A stretch of DNA of 64,000 nucleotides, taken from Balanoglossus misakiensis. Its lineage: Eukaryota > Animalia > Hemichordata. A program made the translations under genes and the position numbers. Shown one piece after another: positions 13,101 through 26,700 of this stretch (position 1 is its first letter; each line of letters starts with the position of its first letter). The notes under the pieces are model-generated. The model searched no databases. It was not told where the DNA came from and saw nothing but the letters and a program-made list of their open reading frames with translations. The DNA lies in assembly GCA_040954595.2 (NCBI GenBank), contig CM082578.2, positions 14,988,998 through 15,052,997 on the forward strand. The letters run 5' to 3'.

Positions 13101-14711
13101 TCATGTCACTTCTACCAATCATCAACGACAAATTATTGAATTGAATATGTACGTCTTGGTAACGAAAGTATTTACAACATGTACATGTACACAGTGTTCA
13201 CTCGTTTCAAACAATATATGGGTGACCGGTATATGAACTTTCAAAAGGGCATTTTCTAAAAGTAATCGGCCATTAGAAAGTGCGATTACTTCTCTTCCAG
13301 TACCCGACCTCGTACATACAAGTATGCTGTTTCATAAAACGAGATTGCTTCAACAAAGTGAAACATTAGTTGACGGAAATGTGCGGAAAACGATACCGTC
13401 GCTGACCTCAACTAAACTATGACCCTGCCTCGGCAATAAACTGGGCAAGTCGTGCGCATTATTTGTATTGCGCAGAAAGTGTATATTATCTACAAGGGGA
13501 AACTGCCAACCTTCCGCCCTAGAGTACATTGGAAACTCAGTCGTGATCGGCGTAATGTTTTGTTAGAATTTAAGCCGGCTGAGAATGATATTCCAAAGAA
13601 AATGTATTCAATATTGTGTTATATCAGGACTGTTTTAAAGTTGAGTGGTCTTTAAACTGACTATTGGGGCCTAGTGATTATGTTTACACATGCAAGGAAT
13701 CGTATCTAAAAATATACATGTCGTGACTTTATTATCATTTGTTGTAGATTGTCATATCGACTGTGACTGCAAGAAACAATGGGTGACCTGAATGTGTTGA
13801 TTTGAGTCTCGTGACTACACCGTAAACGGTTCCTGCATTTGATGGACGGACCGCGGTACAAGGTAGTACGGACTACCGCACCGGGACCTCTTACCAATGA
13901 GGCATTATGTTCACCTGGTAAACGCTGCTCATCAGATCGATGGATCACTTGAAATCTCATTTTGTTATTTAGACTTTGACATATCGTTATCAACTGATCG
14001 AACGAATCGATCGATTTATTTGATGGTGCATATTGCAATGAAATGAACCCTCTTCCACTAATTTGTGGAGTGAAGACTGGTCGGATACACTCTGATAGTC
14101 GTGTACGATCTCTGTGCCCGATTCATGATTACACTTACCGGCTTTTTGTTGTATTCTGGGCAAGGCGAGATCACGGAGCATCCTTGAAGGGCGATGTTTC
14201 CGATGGCCATAGAATCTTCTTTCTTTTTATAATAAGACAGAGATGTCTTCCCGACTACGAACCATCGCGTTCTCCAGTTCGTTCTGACGTGACCCTATAG
14301 GTCATTACAAACACAATCAATGAAACAATAGGCCTAAAGCTTATTATTCAACATGCCAGTCTGACAGAGGGACTGTGAACACACGTAACCCAACTTTTGT
14401 TCAAAACAACAGTTTGGAAAGACACCTGGTGGTGTAGACAACTGTGTCTATGTTGTGCTTCGACCTGTTTGTTAATATGTGATCTTCCGTTCTTCCGAAT
14501 AGATATCATAAATTATATATACAGTGTCGGTTAGACACCATGTGTGTTGACAGGTTATAGTCCATATCCATAACTCAAGGTCTTTACATTCAGACATTCA
14601 TAAGTATAAACATGATAAAACTGCAACACGAGAATTACCAACCCACTCTACCTTTTTCACGAGGAATCCCTCTTTGTAACATTGACGAGTCGTCGCTTCA
14701 CTGTCCCCCAT
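10126..14711 (-). CDS. Pleckstrin family protein (PH-DEP-PH), pleckstrin-2-like
   Basis: Exons 14711-14652, 14294-14139, 12899-12733, 12178-12087, 11752-11598, 11368-11216, 10900-10811, 10663-10585, 10268-10126. PH1: KEGFLVKKGHVRTNWRTRWFVV...GCSVISPC...ERDEWVQAI. DEP: KNCFRGEKLVDWL...YRF. PH2: KQGFLIKRGHVRHTWKTRLFVM...ERDEWMKAI. Confidence 0.93.
11907..11982. repeat. 76-nt imperfect palindrome (long hairpin) in a pleckstrin intron
   Basis: Nested inverted segments: CTAGAATCCAG/CTGGATTCTAG (11 bp), CGTCGTATCG/CGATGCGACG (10 bp, one wobble), ACTCTC/GAGAGT (6 bp). Confidence 0.85.
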
Positions 14712-16012
14712 GTTAACAAGTAACAGTATGACGTACAGTACTCTCGGTGACAGCCCAGTGACAAAAAGTTAAAGTGGGGTGTGTCTGTTGCACCGGTTGT
14801 TGGCAGCGCGTTCGATTAGCCTACATGTATGCTCAGTGTCATCGCCTTACATGTACCCTTCTTGGAAGATATGGGTTAAGACTTCCTCTGGTCCGACACC
14901 AGTTTCGTGACACCAGGAACAAACTTTCGCTTTGCGAAGAGAATTTCCACACACTTCCTTCCGCTTCGCCTCTTCCCTATATCAACACAATAGCCACTAT
15001 CCGACCCAGTGCTTGAACCCTTAAGCTGACCCCTGAAAAGACCACTCAGGTAAATATAAATGTGTCACCACTTGTTGATGGTGACGCGCCTCCGACATGC
15101 GCCAAAGTTTGTCATCGTCATTTTCTTGGTGAAAACGGTCTGCAAAGAGGTGGATATTACCTATCTACCGAGCCCCGAATTGCGACTTAGGAATTTCTGT
15201 AATATGACCTTAATTTGTGATGTTTTATTGAAATGGACTTAAATGGGTATCCTGTAAACGAATTACAATGTAGAAATTTGAAAACTTCACGAAATACACA
15301 ATAATTATAGATATGATTAAATTTAAAGTGTATTAGAGTTGTCTAGAAGGATTTTTTACTGTATAAAAAATTTAAATGGGGAACAAAATACTGAGAAACT
15401 GTTAACTAGTAACTAAACGCACCCACTAATGTGATAAGGAGTGGACTTTTCGTGCAAGTCACGATCGACGCATCCAAATGTTACTGCTATAATGAAAACA
15501 CGTACAGTAAGTGCTGCTGTTGCCATGTGCAGCAATGCAATAAATATCCCATTATCTCCCTCCCTCATTCTACTCGAAGTTTTCCGGTGCAGACAGTATT
15601 AATATTGTGTGCATTATCAGTTTCATTTAAGCTGCATCAAGCAATTCTCAACTGACAACTTTTGTTGACTTTAAGGTTCCTATAAATAGAGACAAAAGAT
15701 TTCAAAATGTCACAGCACTATTTTAGGGCGCTCGAGGAGAGGGGAAAACGTCTAATCAGGGAACTTATCTAAAATATTTAAATAAATATCCCGTGGACTT
15801 TAAAAGTTTCGAGGACGCATTTGTTTAGGAAAATTGCTATAATTTCTGCTCAGACTAGATCTTGCCATTCACCCGTTAACCAGACATTGCTTGTATACTA
15901 GGCTATACGAGAATATCACAAATCTCGCTGTTGAACACCATAGCAGAAAATACTTGTGTTAGTCCCGAACGGCATCAGACCGTATTTCTAGAAAGATAAC
16001 TTTACGAAGATT

Positions 16013-19000
16013 CTACGCGACGGTCTCTCCGATGCTAACAACGTTGCTATTGTTTACGTTCGTGTCATTCTTGTCATGCGGGTTTCCGGGCACAACCGAA
16101 TACGTCACCGGGGGCGAGGTGGACTTGGTGCCGTTGCTGGTACTATCGCGATGTCGACGTCGCCGAGAAAGCACAAAGACACTTATGATGACGACTACGA
16201 TGAAAAGCACGACAGGTAAAACTATGTAGAATAACATGGCGGTATGGAACCCACCTTTCGACTTGTGAGCGCCCTCGTAGGCGGGAATAGTCGCTGTAAA
16301 ACATAAGGGTTGGTTCTGTTAATATCCCCGGGTAGATTGTTAAAGTGAAGAAGGCAAAACAAATACTTTCAATAATTTCAATGAATGATCATTCGATTAA
16401 CTCGAAGAAAAGTGTATAGTATTACAAATCAATTCAACAACAAACCATTCTCTATCTTATATATAGTGTGATCCAATCAATTGTATCTCACCTTCTGTGC
16501 TTTCTGTAAACTGACAAATGTCACCTGCGAAACCTTCAATACAGATGCAATGAGTAGAATTGCACACACCTCCATTTTCGCATGCTGGATCACACTCTAT
16601 AGTAGAGATGATATCATCAACATTTAGTGGCTTTAATATTAGAAAAAAAATGTTCATCTCGGTTGTCAAACTCATAGCCTGTCCATTGAATATCGTATTT
16701 CGAGGAAGGACGAGAAATGAAACGCGACACACAACTGAGATCATTGCGTCGGTGGCAAAAAGCCAAAAGTTTCAATATCATAAGACATTAATTACCATAG
16801 GCATGTTGACATAAGTCGCCATAGTAGCCAACATTACAGCTACACCTCAGTGCAGTACATGTACCGCCATTCGTGCACTCCAGATTGCACTCTGCAAAAA
16901 CAAAAAAAACATTCTACTTTAAGTGAAAAAAAAAGAATTCAGTCTTCACGATGACTTGCCATAATCAGACGAATACAGTGTTATTCAGTAATTTATGTAT
17001 AACTCCCCTCCCGTCGAAAAAAAATGATTGCGCGTGCAAACGGAAACACGAAAACGTCACATTATCAAGACAACGTTATTTACCATGCTCGTGTTGACAC
17101 TGTTCGCCATAGTAACCGAGGCTACAGTTACACATATGATCAGAGCATCTACCACCGTTCATGCAGTCAATGGAACATCCTGAAATGAGGATGAAAATAT
17201 GCAGTGATGAGTTCTCCCAACCAATGGCAGTTCAATTTGAATTTGCCTCATGTTTTCTACATTGCTGGTAGACATGCCGTCACCGACACAGCTTAAACTT
17301 GTAATTTAGAGGCAATGAGAATAAAACTGAATATTAGTGGAAGAAACTTCCATAAGAAACTGGTCCTATCTCATAGAAGACGACAGTATGACGGTATGAT
17401 TTGATGATAAGCGTTGACAAACCTTCCAGACTGTATTCACACCTGTCTCCTTGGAAACCATCTTCACACTGGCAGAAACCAAATTCAGAATCACAGCTGC
17501 CGCCATTACGACACTCAAAAATGCCATCACAATCCTCTGGCGGGAAAAAAAAAGACAAAAAAGAAAAGCAGTTAAATGTTGCCACACTCAGGACATGGTC
17601 ATAATATTAGAGAAATCCGTCTTCTTGGCCCAGAGTAAAAGAGTGAAATGCAACCAAACTTCAGAATATCCACGGCACGATAGCAGGAATTTTGACAAAT
17701 AATAAACACTTGGTATAAACCTAGATGCTGCAACATACAAGACCTCCAGTGCGGTCATACCTTTTTGCAAGCAATTCAGATCCTCATTGGTCTCATCCGA
17801 GTTGTCACCACAATGATCGAATCCGTCACACAGCGCAGACACACCAACGCATCGATCACTATCTCGGCATTTGTAGTAACCATCAGGGCAGACACCACCT
17901 GTAAAAAACAACAGGTGTTAAAGCGAGCGAATCAATAGGACCCATTTCAATATGAAAAGAAATAACGGATTTCAAAAGACGAATATTTTGAATGTCAGTT
18001 AGAACGCTGATTCACACACGTCTAGAGTTTGTGTAAAACGAATTGTGCAAAGGTGAAAATATATGACCCGTTTCTTTTTCACAGACTGTCAGCTCCAGAC
18101 ATGAAAAAGGGGCTCGACATTTAGAAGGGAGTGTAAAAAGTACGAATAGCTTAGATTTTTCTTTACGACTATGGACTTACTCGTTGCTGGCACAAATGAC
18201 ACGTACGATCCAGGCAGGAATACTGGAAATGCGTGAATATGTGCATTGAATCTAATAAACAAAGCATTGGAGTTGGAGTACACGTTGGAAACGTCCTCAG
18301 CCTTAGACCACTGTGCCACCAACGGCGATTCAGATGTCTTTCCATCACGCACTTCGATAGTAAATGTTCCAATATCTGCAGATGTCAGTAGAAAAAATAC
18401 AAATTCCACGCTATATTCAAGAGATGTCCTTGACCATGTCCATGTCAACAAAAAAGTGGCGATTAAAAACGTGTTGATTGTATTACAAATTTCCCTGTGG
18501 ACACAAAAGTTTATATATCTTTTCACGCGGAAATTCCATAATTAAGATGAAATAAGTAAAACGTACTATAAATGGATTGCACTTATTCGTTCATCCGTAT
18601 ATCGGCGCGTCTGAATATTCTTATGGACGCCTCGATTTGTAAATCAACGAATGAATGTACGAACAAACCATAGATTGAATGGCTGATTGACTGTATGTCT
18701 GTCAAGGCGGACTCAACATGCTCTATTTAGCACCACTGAGGAGATTGGTTTATGGATTTTAACAAAAATATCAATTAAGTGGAGTACTTACCAGCAGGAA
18801 ATTGATCAAATGAATATGAAATCTTGTGATCAGGTTTCGTCTCCACAACCCGCGTTAGCGTGTAGGTAACGCTCGGGTCCTCCATATAGTACGGGAAATC
18901 ACCATAGAAATAAGGCATGACGTATCGAGAAACCAGTCCTACATGAGAGACATACACACCTCTGTCACTGTAGACAGGTTTGACTGTAACTGTATTCGCA

Positions 19001-21596
19001 GAGTGGCGTGTGAATAGTGTATTAAACCCTTTATTCGGGTAGGCCTACATGTATTGCCAAATGGAAATGATCAAACATTTAAAAAGAAGATTCGTGTGAC
19101 AATTTCGACATTTAATTAATCATCTGGATCCAACTCACCTGTTGAACTCTGACCTTTCAACTCTGTCTGTTCACTGGACAACATGGAGTACTTGGCTCTA
19201 AAGCCAGAGATAGCAAAGAGATTGACCCCTGTCACCTCATAGGTCAAAATAATTGTGTCTCCGACAGATGTAAAGTAAGCAGACACAGAAGAACATAATT
19301 GTGCAACGTTTTGACTTCTAACGTTGCCATCCGTGTATATCTGCAATTAAGTCATAAAATCATTCATCTAAGTATTTCCAAGTCGTGATGTTACATGAAG
19401 TTTTCAAATATATTCCATCTGTGGTTATGTGTTCATATGCCCGATACAGAACCAAATTTGATAACACAGTCGATACTCAACTCTTCTCAGATACGATACT
19501 GAAAAAACTTACAAGGAGTCTTTCCCGGCATCTGTACTCAGCACTGTTGGGCTTATACTGCTCGTGGGACAGGAAATCGGTGAATTCTAGAAAGACTCCG
19601 CCGCCAGGGTTCATAATCATATACGTGCAGTTGAACGGTCCGTCAGGGAACGCTTCGGGAAAGTTTGGTGATACAATGTGACCATCACCTCCGCCATGTA
19701 TATGAACCATGTCACAGTCTGTCAAGACGTACAAGAAAAAATAGCGTTGTTTATGTTCAACAAATTCACATTTTCTCACTCGCTCTGAAAATGGTGGTCT
19801 CACGTAAAACTACAGACGGAATCAGATTTTGCTGTCAGAGCTAATCGGGGGAGGGTGGGGTGGGGGTGGGGGTTCTAGGCGAGATCAACAGGTGGTCGTA
19901 TTCAACATAGAAAACTGCACGCATAACTCAGGGAGTGTGTTTGTAACATTTGACCTTTTGATTTAAGCTTTATCATTTAATTCAGAATGGTGACGATAAG
20001 CGCATCTGAACTTTACCCACTTTAACCAGTTCTCTCAGTTTAAGTTATTAGCCTCGTGTTAATGTGAAATGAAAGATCAGTTGAGTCTAACATTGTCACG
20101 TGACATCCAGTATACACGATCCAATTCACCACGAAAGTCCCCAGCATTGCTTGTCATATAAACTGATCTGATGATGGAAGTCCATTATTGCGTAAACAGT
20201 GCATAAATCCATTTTCTACTTTCTATGGTTATGAAATTATTACATTAGACGATTCCAACATGCCGGATATGAGCTAATCCGTGACTTATACTGGTAGTGT
20301 AGGTGACAGCTCAGGGCCTACGCGTGAATATACCGACCCTTACTTTTATGTATAATTCACTTGCCTGTTACATGTATATTCATTTACTTTTTTGGATAGT
20401 TTCCTATTCAATTCGCCTACCGCCAACGCATATGCAATCATCCGGGATTAAATGCTGAAGACGGCGTGCTATAGGCCTATATCAGCGAATGTCGTTTCCC
20501 ACGTTGTCAGTCATAATTAAGGTCCAAAGATGGAACGCTGGTACCCCTTCCCTTCACTTCGTTTACTATTTTCGTGAACATGGCGAACTTTGCATGTAAT
20601 GGGATTATGCAGAAACTATGGTAGCAAGGACTGGTGTAATGTTTAATGCATGCTAAACACGTGTCGAATATTTTAAAATTTATATTAAAAAGATGGACCG
20701 TTTTGTTATCAAGACTGCACGCTTTTGAGACATGCTTACGTCTGACCGGTCGCATATTATCGGTCTCAAATTGTCAAAGTCCGGCGTTCTTTAATAATAT
20801 TAACTCATTCATGACAAGAAGAGTTTATCAGTCAATGAACCCTGAGCAGACTACACACATCGAAAAAAATCCATTACACACTCCACGGATTTGCAAGGCG
20901 GATTTATGTATACAAGAGCTATTTTTAGTGAAATAGGACAAATCGTATTTAATATTCTGTTTTGACTTCATCCCGCATCTCTAGTCAGATGAGAAACATA
21001 GTGAAACGAAACTGTTAGTAGTGTCTCTTGACTTGTATAAATTTCCCCAATCAAATAATATCCGTTACATTGAATAAATGGTAAAAAATGTAAAAAATAC
21101 ATCTCGCTGTTTACTTACGAGAATTAAATGTAGGCCTATTCCCCCAAACCTTTGAAACTCTCAACTGAGCGCAATACGTCCGGGTATTTACCATGCGTAC
21201 GCCCAACGGAACAATGTTACCATTGTGTTAAGGTTGGCAGATCATCATCTCTCCAGTTTAAATAGAGAATGATTTTCAGATTTAACGGTAAGGTCATTGT
21301 ATATAAAAACTCCATGAATCTGGATCAGTTACATTGATGACAAAACGTTAAAGTTCATGACAATTCACACGTCGTCCTCGTCATATATAGAATCGTTTTT
21401 ATATAAACAATGAAGAGCTTTGGCACCCCTATGTATAGACCACCTGTATTTCAAATACAAGTCTACAGTTCAGGTAAACCCAACGCCTCATAAAATATAG
21501 GAAGTCATACATAAAACACTTACTGTAACTGTACACGCATGTGCCGAACTCCAACATCATAAGCATGATCGCCACCAATGTATGTGGTATGTCCAT
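16013..21596 (-). CDS. Type I membrane protein, signal peptide-CUB-degenerate CUB-LDLa-4xEGF-TM (paralog A)
   Basis: Exons: 21596-21524 ([24 protein letters not shown], signal peptide); 19718-19513 and 19340-19139 (CUB: GHIVSPNFP...NCTY...GFRAKY); ~18983-18792 and 18375-18181 (IEVRDG, second CUB-like); 17898-17761 (LDLa [13 protein letters not shown]); EGF exons 17536-17423, 17179-17084, 16891-16796, 16596-16492; 16293-16013 (TM, RRRRHR stop-transfer, short tail). The first exon and the 18983 acceptor are less certain. Confidence 0.85.
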
Positions 21597-23746
21597 GGTA
21601 CCATACATATTGGCAGCTTCGATTTTGTCTGTACGTTAGTATGTAACTGATGGCGATTGATCGATGATGCTATAGCGTTTACGTGTACGACCTGCTTGCT
21701 ACTCGGCACTGTTACAACCACGGCGAAGAAATTCTACCTATATAGGCTGAATCCAATAGGTAGTTCGCATTAACATATTCAAAACCAGGTCACCACTGTG
21801 TCGATCTAAAAACTCTAAAGTGCTAATTAGTTCCAGTTGGCAAAATGCGGCGCTCGCTCTTGTCAGGCCCCGCAGTCACGCCGCCGGAAACAGCATATCA
21901 CTTCGACTTATCATTCATGTCGATTGTCATGGTGATAAGAGACCGCCACTGCAGGTCGCAACGCGGGAGGTCAGCAACTTTAATGTCCATCGATCTCGTG
22001 ACGTGAAAACGTGGTCTGGCTTCATTTTTTTATCAGGGCATGCACAATAGATGCAATATTTTTCGGTTCAAATAGTTGTAACACACCCAGCGTCTCAGCC
22101 AGGACAATCGTTGCAACAAAGGCACGGACGTTAAGGGGGGGGGGGACACTGAGACTATTCAATTTCTTAAGAAAAGTCAGTGTTGATTCAGATGGGACCA
22201 TTCAAGACGCTATACCGCGATTATGTTGTACAAGGGGAAGAATTTTATTGGCTGAAGGTCCACGTCCAAGTTTTCAAGGACATAAGCTTAAGGCGTATTT
22301 GTTCATATAAATTGGAAATAAAATTAGTCACGAAAAAATGATCATAGGATATAAACACCACAGATGTTTCCAGACGGAAAATCAAATAAAAGGGACGAGA
22401 TAAATATCTTGCAGAAAGTGGGTTTGTTTTCAACAAATCGTGAAGGTTGTCTTGTAATAACGAATGTCATGGTACAATGGTCGATTTACACGAAATCGTC
22501 ATTTCATTTCACATTAACAGCGCTAGCGTTTCTTGGAAGATTATTGGCAAGTTTCCTTGTGTATGACTGGCGAAGCATTTCAATTGTAAAAATAGGAAAC
22601 AACACAATGAGTTGCTATGGAAATTGTGCAACACTTCTACTGACGCAAAATATTAGTGACGCAGCGAATGATTCATAACATTCAATTCACTTTCTACGCA
22701 ACCATTCGCCCCATAAACCACTCACAAGTCGAGTTGTCTAAAATCGAAGTACATTTTTTATTGTGATGTTGTTTTCCTCACTTCGCATATCTACAGGCTT
22801 GTAATGTTCAATTCCCGCCGTTTATTTCATGCTGGCAACCTGCATATTTTATATTTTGGCTTGAAGACTTATTCTTTTAGTATCACATACAGGGCTCTTT
22901 GTATTTCAGCCATATGCAAATTAAGTTTAATATGCAGATTCCAATTTCGTTTCAACGGACATCATATACCGGACATGAATTTTTTTTTGACGTGAATAAG
23001 GGAGCATGCAGTTACTATGGCCTGGAGAGGGGCCAGCAAATTGTTTCACTGAAAATGAATGAACCCACAACCATGACACCCTCCCTTTAAAGAACAAAGT
23101 CAAACCTGTGAGACCTCAAATTATTTAATACAGTAAAACGTATCAAACACAACAATTCTCATCAAAAAGACTGGTTCTTGTGACATGAGCATGGTTGTAT
23201 TAAAATACCACGTAAACACTTTAAAAGCAACCATAAAAATCCACGTTATTTTTTAACAATGTTGTACAATATGTATTTAAAAAGTAAATAAAGCATCCAC
23301 AAGAATCCTTATCTGACAACATCACTCAAATGAATGACGCATGCATAACATATCGATGCAAGAAGTCTGAATAAATTTTCAAAATCATTTTTACATACTG
23401 ATTACCAACAAGTACATGTACCACTAACACGGACAAGCTGACCCATATGATTCACCAACAAGGACTGTAGAATTTTTTAAAAAGCACCATAACACAAGTA
23501 TGGCAGCGAATTTTATTGTATTTACAAAACACTGAAGCACAACCTTCCTATTTTCCCTTATTGTTGGTTCAGCATAGATATGTGTAATAGTTCTGGCAAG
23601 TATGTCTCTTTGGCCCTGAGGTGGCATGTGTTGATCACTGGTGATCGTGACAAGAATTTTGGCATTTTGTCAATACATCAATTAATGATTGTGAGATATA
23701 TACACGTACAAAGACATATTCACAAAATAGAAAATCTCTGTCATTT

Positions 23747-26700
23747 TCAGAGAGTCATGTCGATCCTGCTTTGGTCCACTTGATCATCAGTATTTGAGAC
23801 ATCATGCCTGGCATTTGCCAGTGGGCTAACTACTGTTTCATACGTTGGTGGTGGCGTTAACTGGTCTTCCTCATTGGCACTGTCTTCTGGGTTGCCTTCA
23901 GTGGGGTTACCGTTCATGTTCACCGCATTGGCGTAAGATGGCGGGGTATCTGTAAACTCTGGGGGAGACACTGTTTCTTCGGTTCGAGAGTACGTAACAG
24001 GGCCTGGCATTGCAGATGCCGTGTTACTTGATGTTTGCTTCATACACCGTGCTCTCTTTAAGCAGATAATACATCCCGTGAATAAAACAAAGATGGCGAC
24101 AAGCGGAAGCAGTATGGTGAGAAGGCCACCATTTTCTGTGTCATTACTATAGTCACTAGACACTAGAAAGAAAAAAAAATAATGGCAAGTCAATCTCAAT
24201 GTAACACAATGTAATTCAGCAAAAATAAACTTTTTGGTCACAAATGGACAACGGACGTCCCACTTGCATACAGCCAATTGTTTTATGGAAAAACAGATGA
24301 ACAGACACTTGAAAATTGTGATTCATGAAAAATGCTTAATACTGATACAAACTTACAATCACATCTGGCACCATAGTAATCAGATGGGCAGAAACACAGA
24401 TCAGTAGAATAGATGCTGCAGACTCCTCCATTTAAACACGGGGGGTCACACTCTGGAGGAGGAATATATGAATCACATGACTCCAACTTCGTCAGGAAAG
24501 AGGAGGAATGGGGGAGGGGCATAACTTCCCTGTTTTACATGGGAAGTCCATCATAAATGAATTATTTATATATGTCTTGTCTTGTATGAGTAACTCTATT
24601 CTGAAGACACTGTTGATCTTTCACTGTGTGTAGAGATTTGGCACCAGTGCTCTAGATATTGGCAGTTTTATCTATCATGTCAAATTTGATAAACAGCTTC
24701 CTTACACTTTTAGTATTAGTCATATGATGTGATTCTCAAACTCTGATGAGTGTACACCAAGTCCTAACATTTACTATAAACCACAAACAAGTGTTTTGAC
24801 AATCTACAGTCAGAAATGTGACTTTACCATGTTTAATCTCACAAAAGTCTCCCTTGTATCCAGAATCACAGTAACATTGATAATTCCTGCAAGATCCACC
24901 ATTCTGGCACCGTTGTGGGCATCCTTGGAAATAAGGAGGATGAATTGTGAAAGTCAGGGTCAATCCATGACAGGATATTTTTTTCTAATATGCTTAAGTG
25001 CATGTTTGCTTTACATCTGTACCAGTGCAATAAAGCCTGTCTAAACCACCGGAAAGTGAATGGGAAAATTGTTTGGCTTGGTGATTATTAGAAAGCCAAA
25101 AAGGCATTCAATGCACAAAGTGTTAATTGGGCTGTGACAACCAGTCATTCAGCAAATTTCACTGACTAGAACAACATAAATAATCTATCGAGAGAAACTA
25201 AAATAACCAAAGTAATATCAAATGTTATAGTGACTCTTTATTTAATATTAACTATACAAAGAACCTGAATGAGGGATTTCAAAAAAAGCAGGCTGGAAGT
25301 ACATAAGCAAAATAGAACTGCATTATACATTTACCTTCGACAAAGTATTCACAGTTGTTTCCATGGTAACCACTCTCACAATAGCAGTGATAATCATAAT
25401 ATGAATTATAACAACCGTCACTATTAGGAGATGGTTCACAAATGAATGGAAAACTGGACGAACAGGTACCTATGAACAAAATTAGAAAATGAATTACAGT
25501 ACGACGGAGTGAATTCCACAAGAGCAAAGCTAAATAGTTAATATGATGTGCAGTAATTATAAAGGCACATTTACAGTTGTGGTCATTACACTACTGTCAC
25601 AGTGTATCAGTGAATTAATTTTGTGATAGACTTCAATAACAGAATGCAACACTCACGTGGAATGGAACAATTGAAGCTGTGATGCACCTCATCAGAATTA
25701 TCACCACAATGATTGTAGCCATCACATAAAGCAGATGTACCAATGCATATGTCATTTGTAGCACATTTGTAATATCCTTGTGGACATGAACCTAAATGTA
25801 GCAAAGATCAAGAAAGAAACTTTGGCAAAAATTAAACATTTTACATGTACATGTATGTGTAGTTCGAAACAATGATATAGTTCCACTCAATCAATATACA
25901 TGTATTTAAAACACCCATTCATGGTGGGAACGATGATATACTCACCTGAAGAACGAATAAAAGCGACAAATGATTCACTCACATCGATGTATACATCAGA
26001 CATAATTATGGAGACATAAAGATAACCAGATGTGCTAAACACTGGCCATGTTTCTGTTACATTTGTCGATTTGTATAGAAGTGGTGCCTGAGATGTTGGA
26101 CCATCCCGAACTTCAAGATGGACTGCACCAGTTACTGAAAATAAATCAAACAAAATTCTTTATCATTCATCTCACTGATGGTTGTTAAACGCAGTGCAAT
26201 CTATTGTCATAATGGGATTATAAACAGATCCTAATGGCTAGACAATATGTCTTCAATATTGTTTGTGTATTATCGTTGATTCTAATTGTACATGAACATT
26301 GAACAGAAAAGTTACTCACAATTTTCTAAACCAGTAAATTTTTGAGGCACAAAAGATAACTGGTGGCCTGGCACTGCCTTGATGATATCAATATAATTAC
26401 TTGTACTGTTTTCCGATGGATTGTATCCATAGTAGTCGCCTGCTTTGTAAGGGCGGTCGTCAAAGTAAATATAACCTGCAAAGAATATCCAAGTACATGT
26501 AAGTACTGGTATATGGGATGACTGTAAGATTTTACAATTAATATTTATAATTATCTTACACAGACACATAATTGCTAACAGCAACATAAATTTCATATAC
26601 ATACCATGCCTATCAGATTTGAATTCAGACAAAACAGTGAAAATCTGCTGAAAATATGGTTTGAATAAAGCTAAAATTGTCATTCACAAGGGCGGCTATA

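Noticed and set aside
19846-19873. G-quadruplex-capable G-run in paralog A intron 1
   Set aside because: Simple low-complexity tract; G/C runs are frequent in this window and nothing indicates function.
25357-25370. Perfect X-box GTTTCCATGGTAAC (similar GTTGCCATGACAAC at 27668-27681)
   Set aside because: Both fall inside coding exons of paralog B and are explained by the codons (GYHGN, VVMAT).
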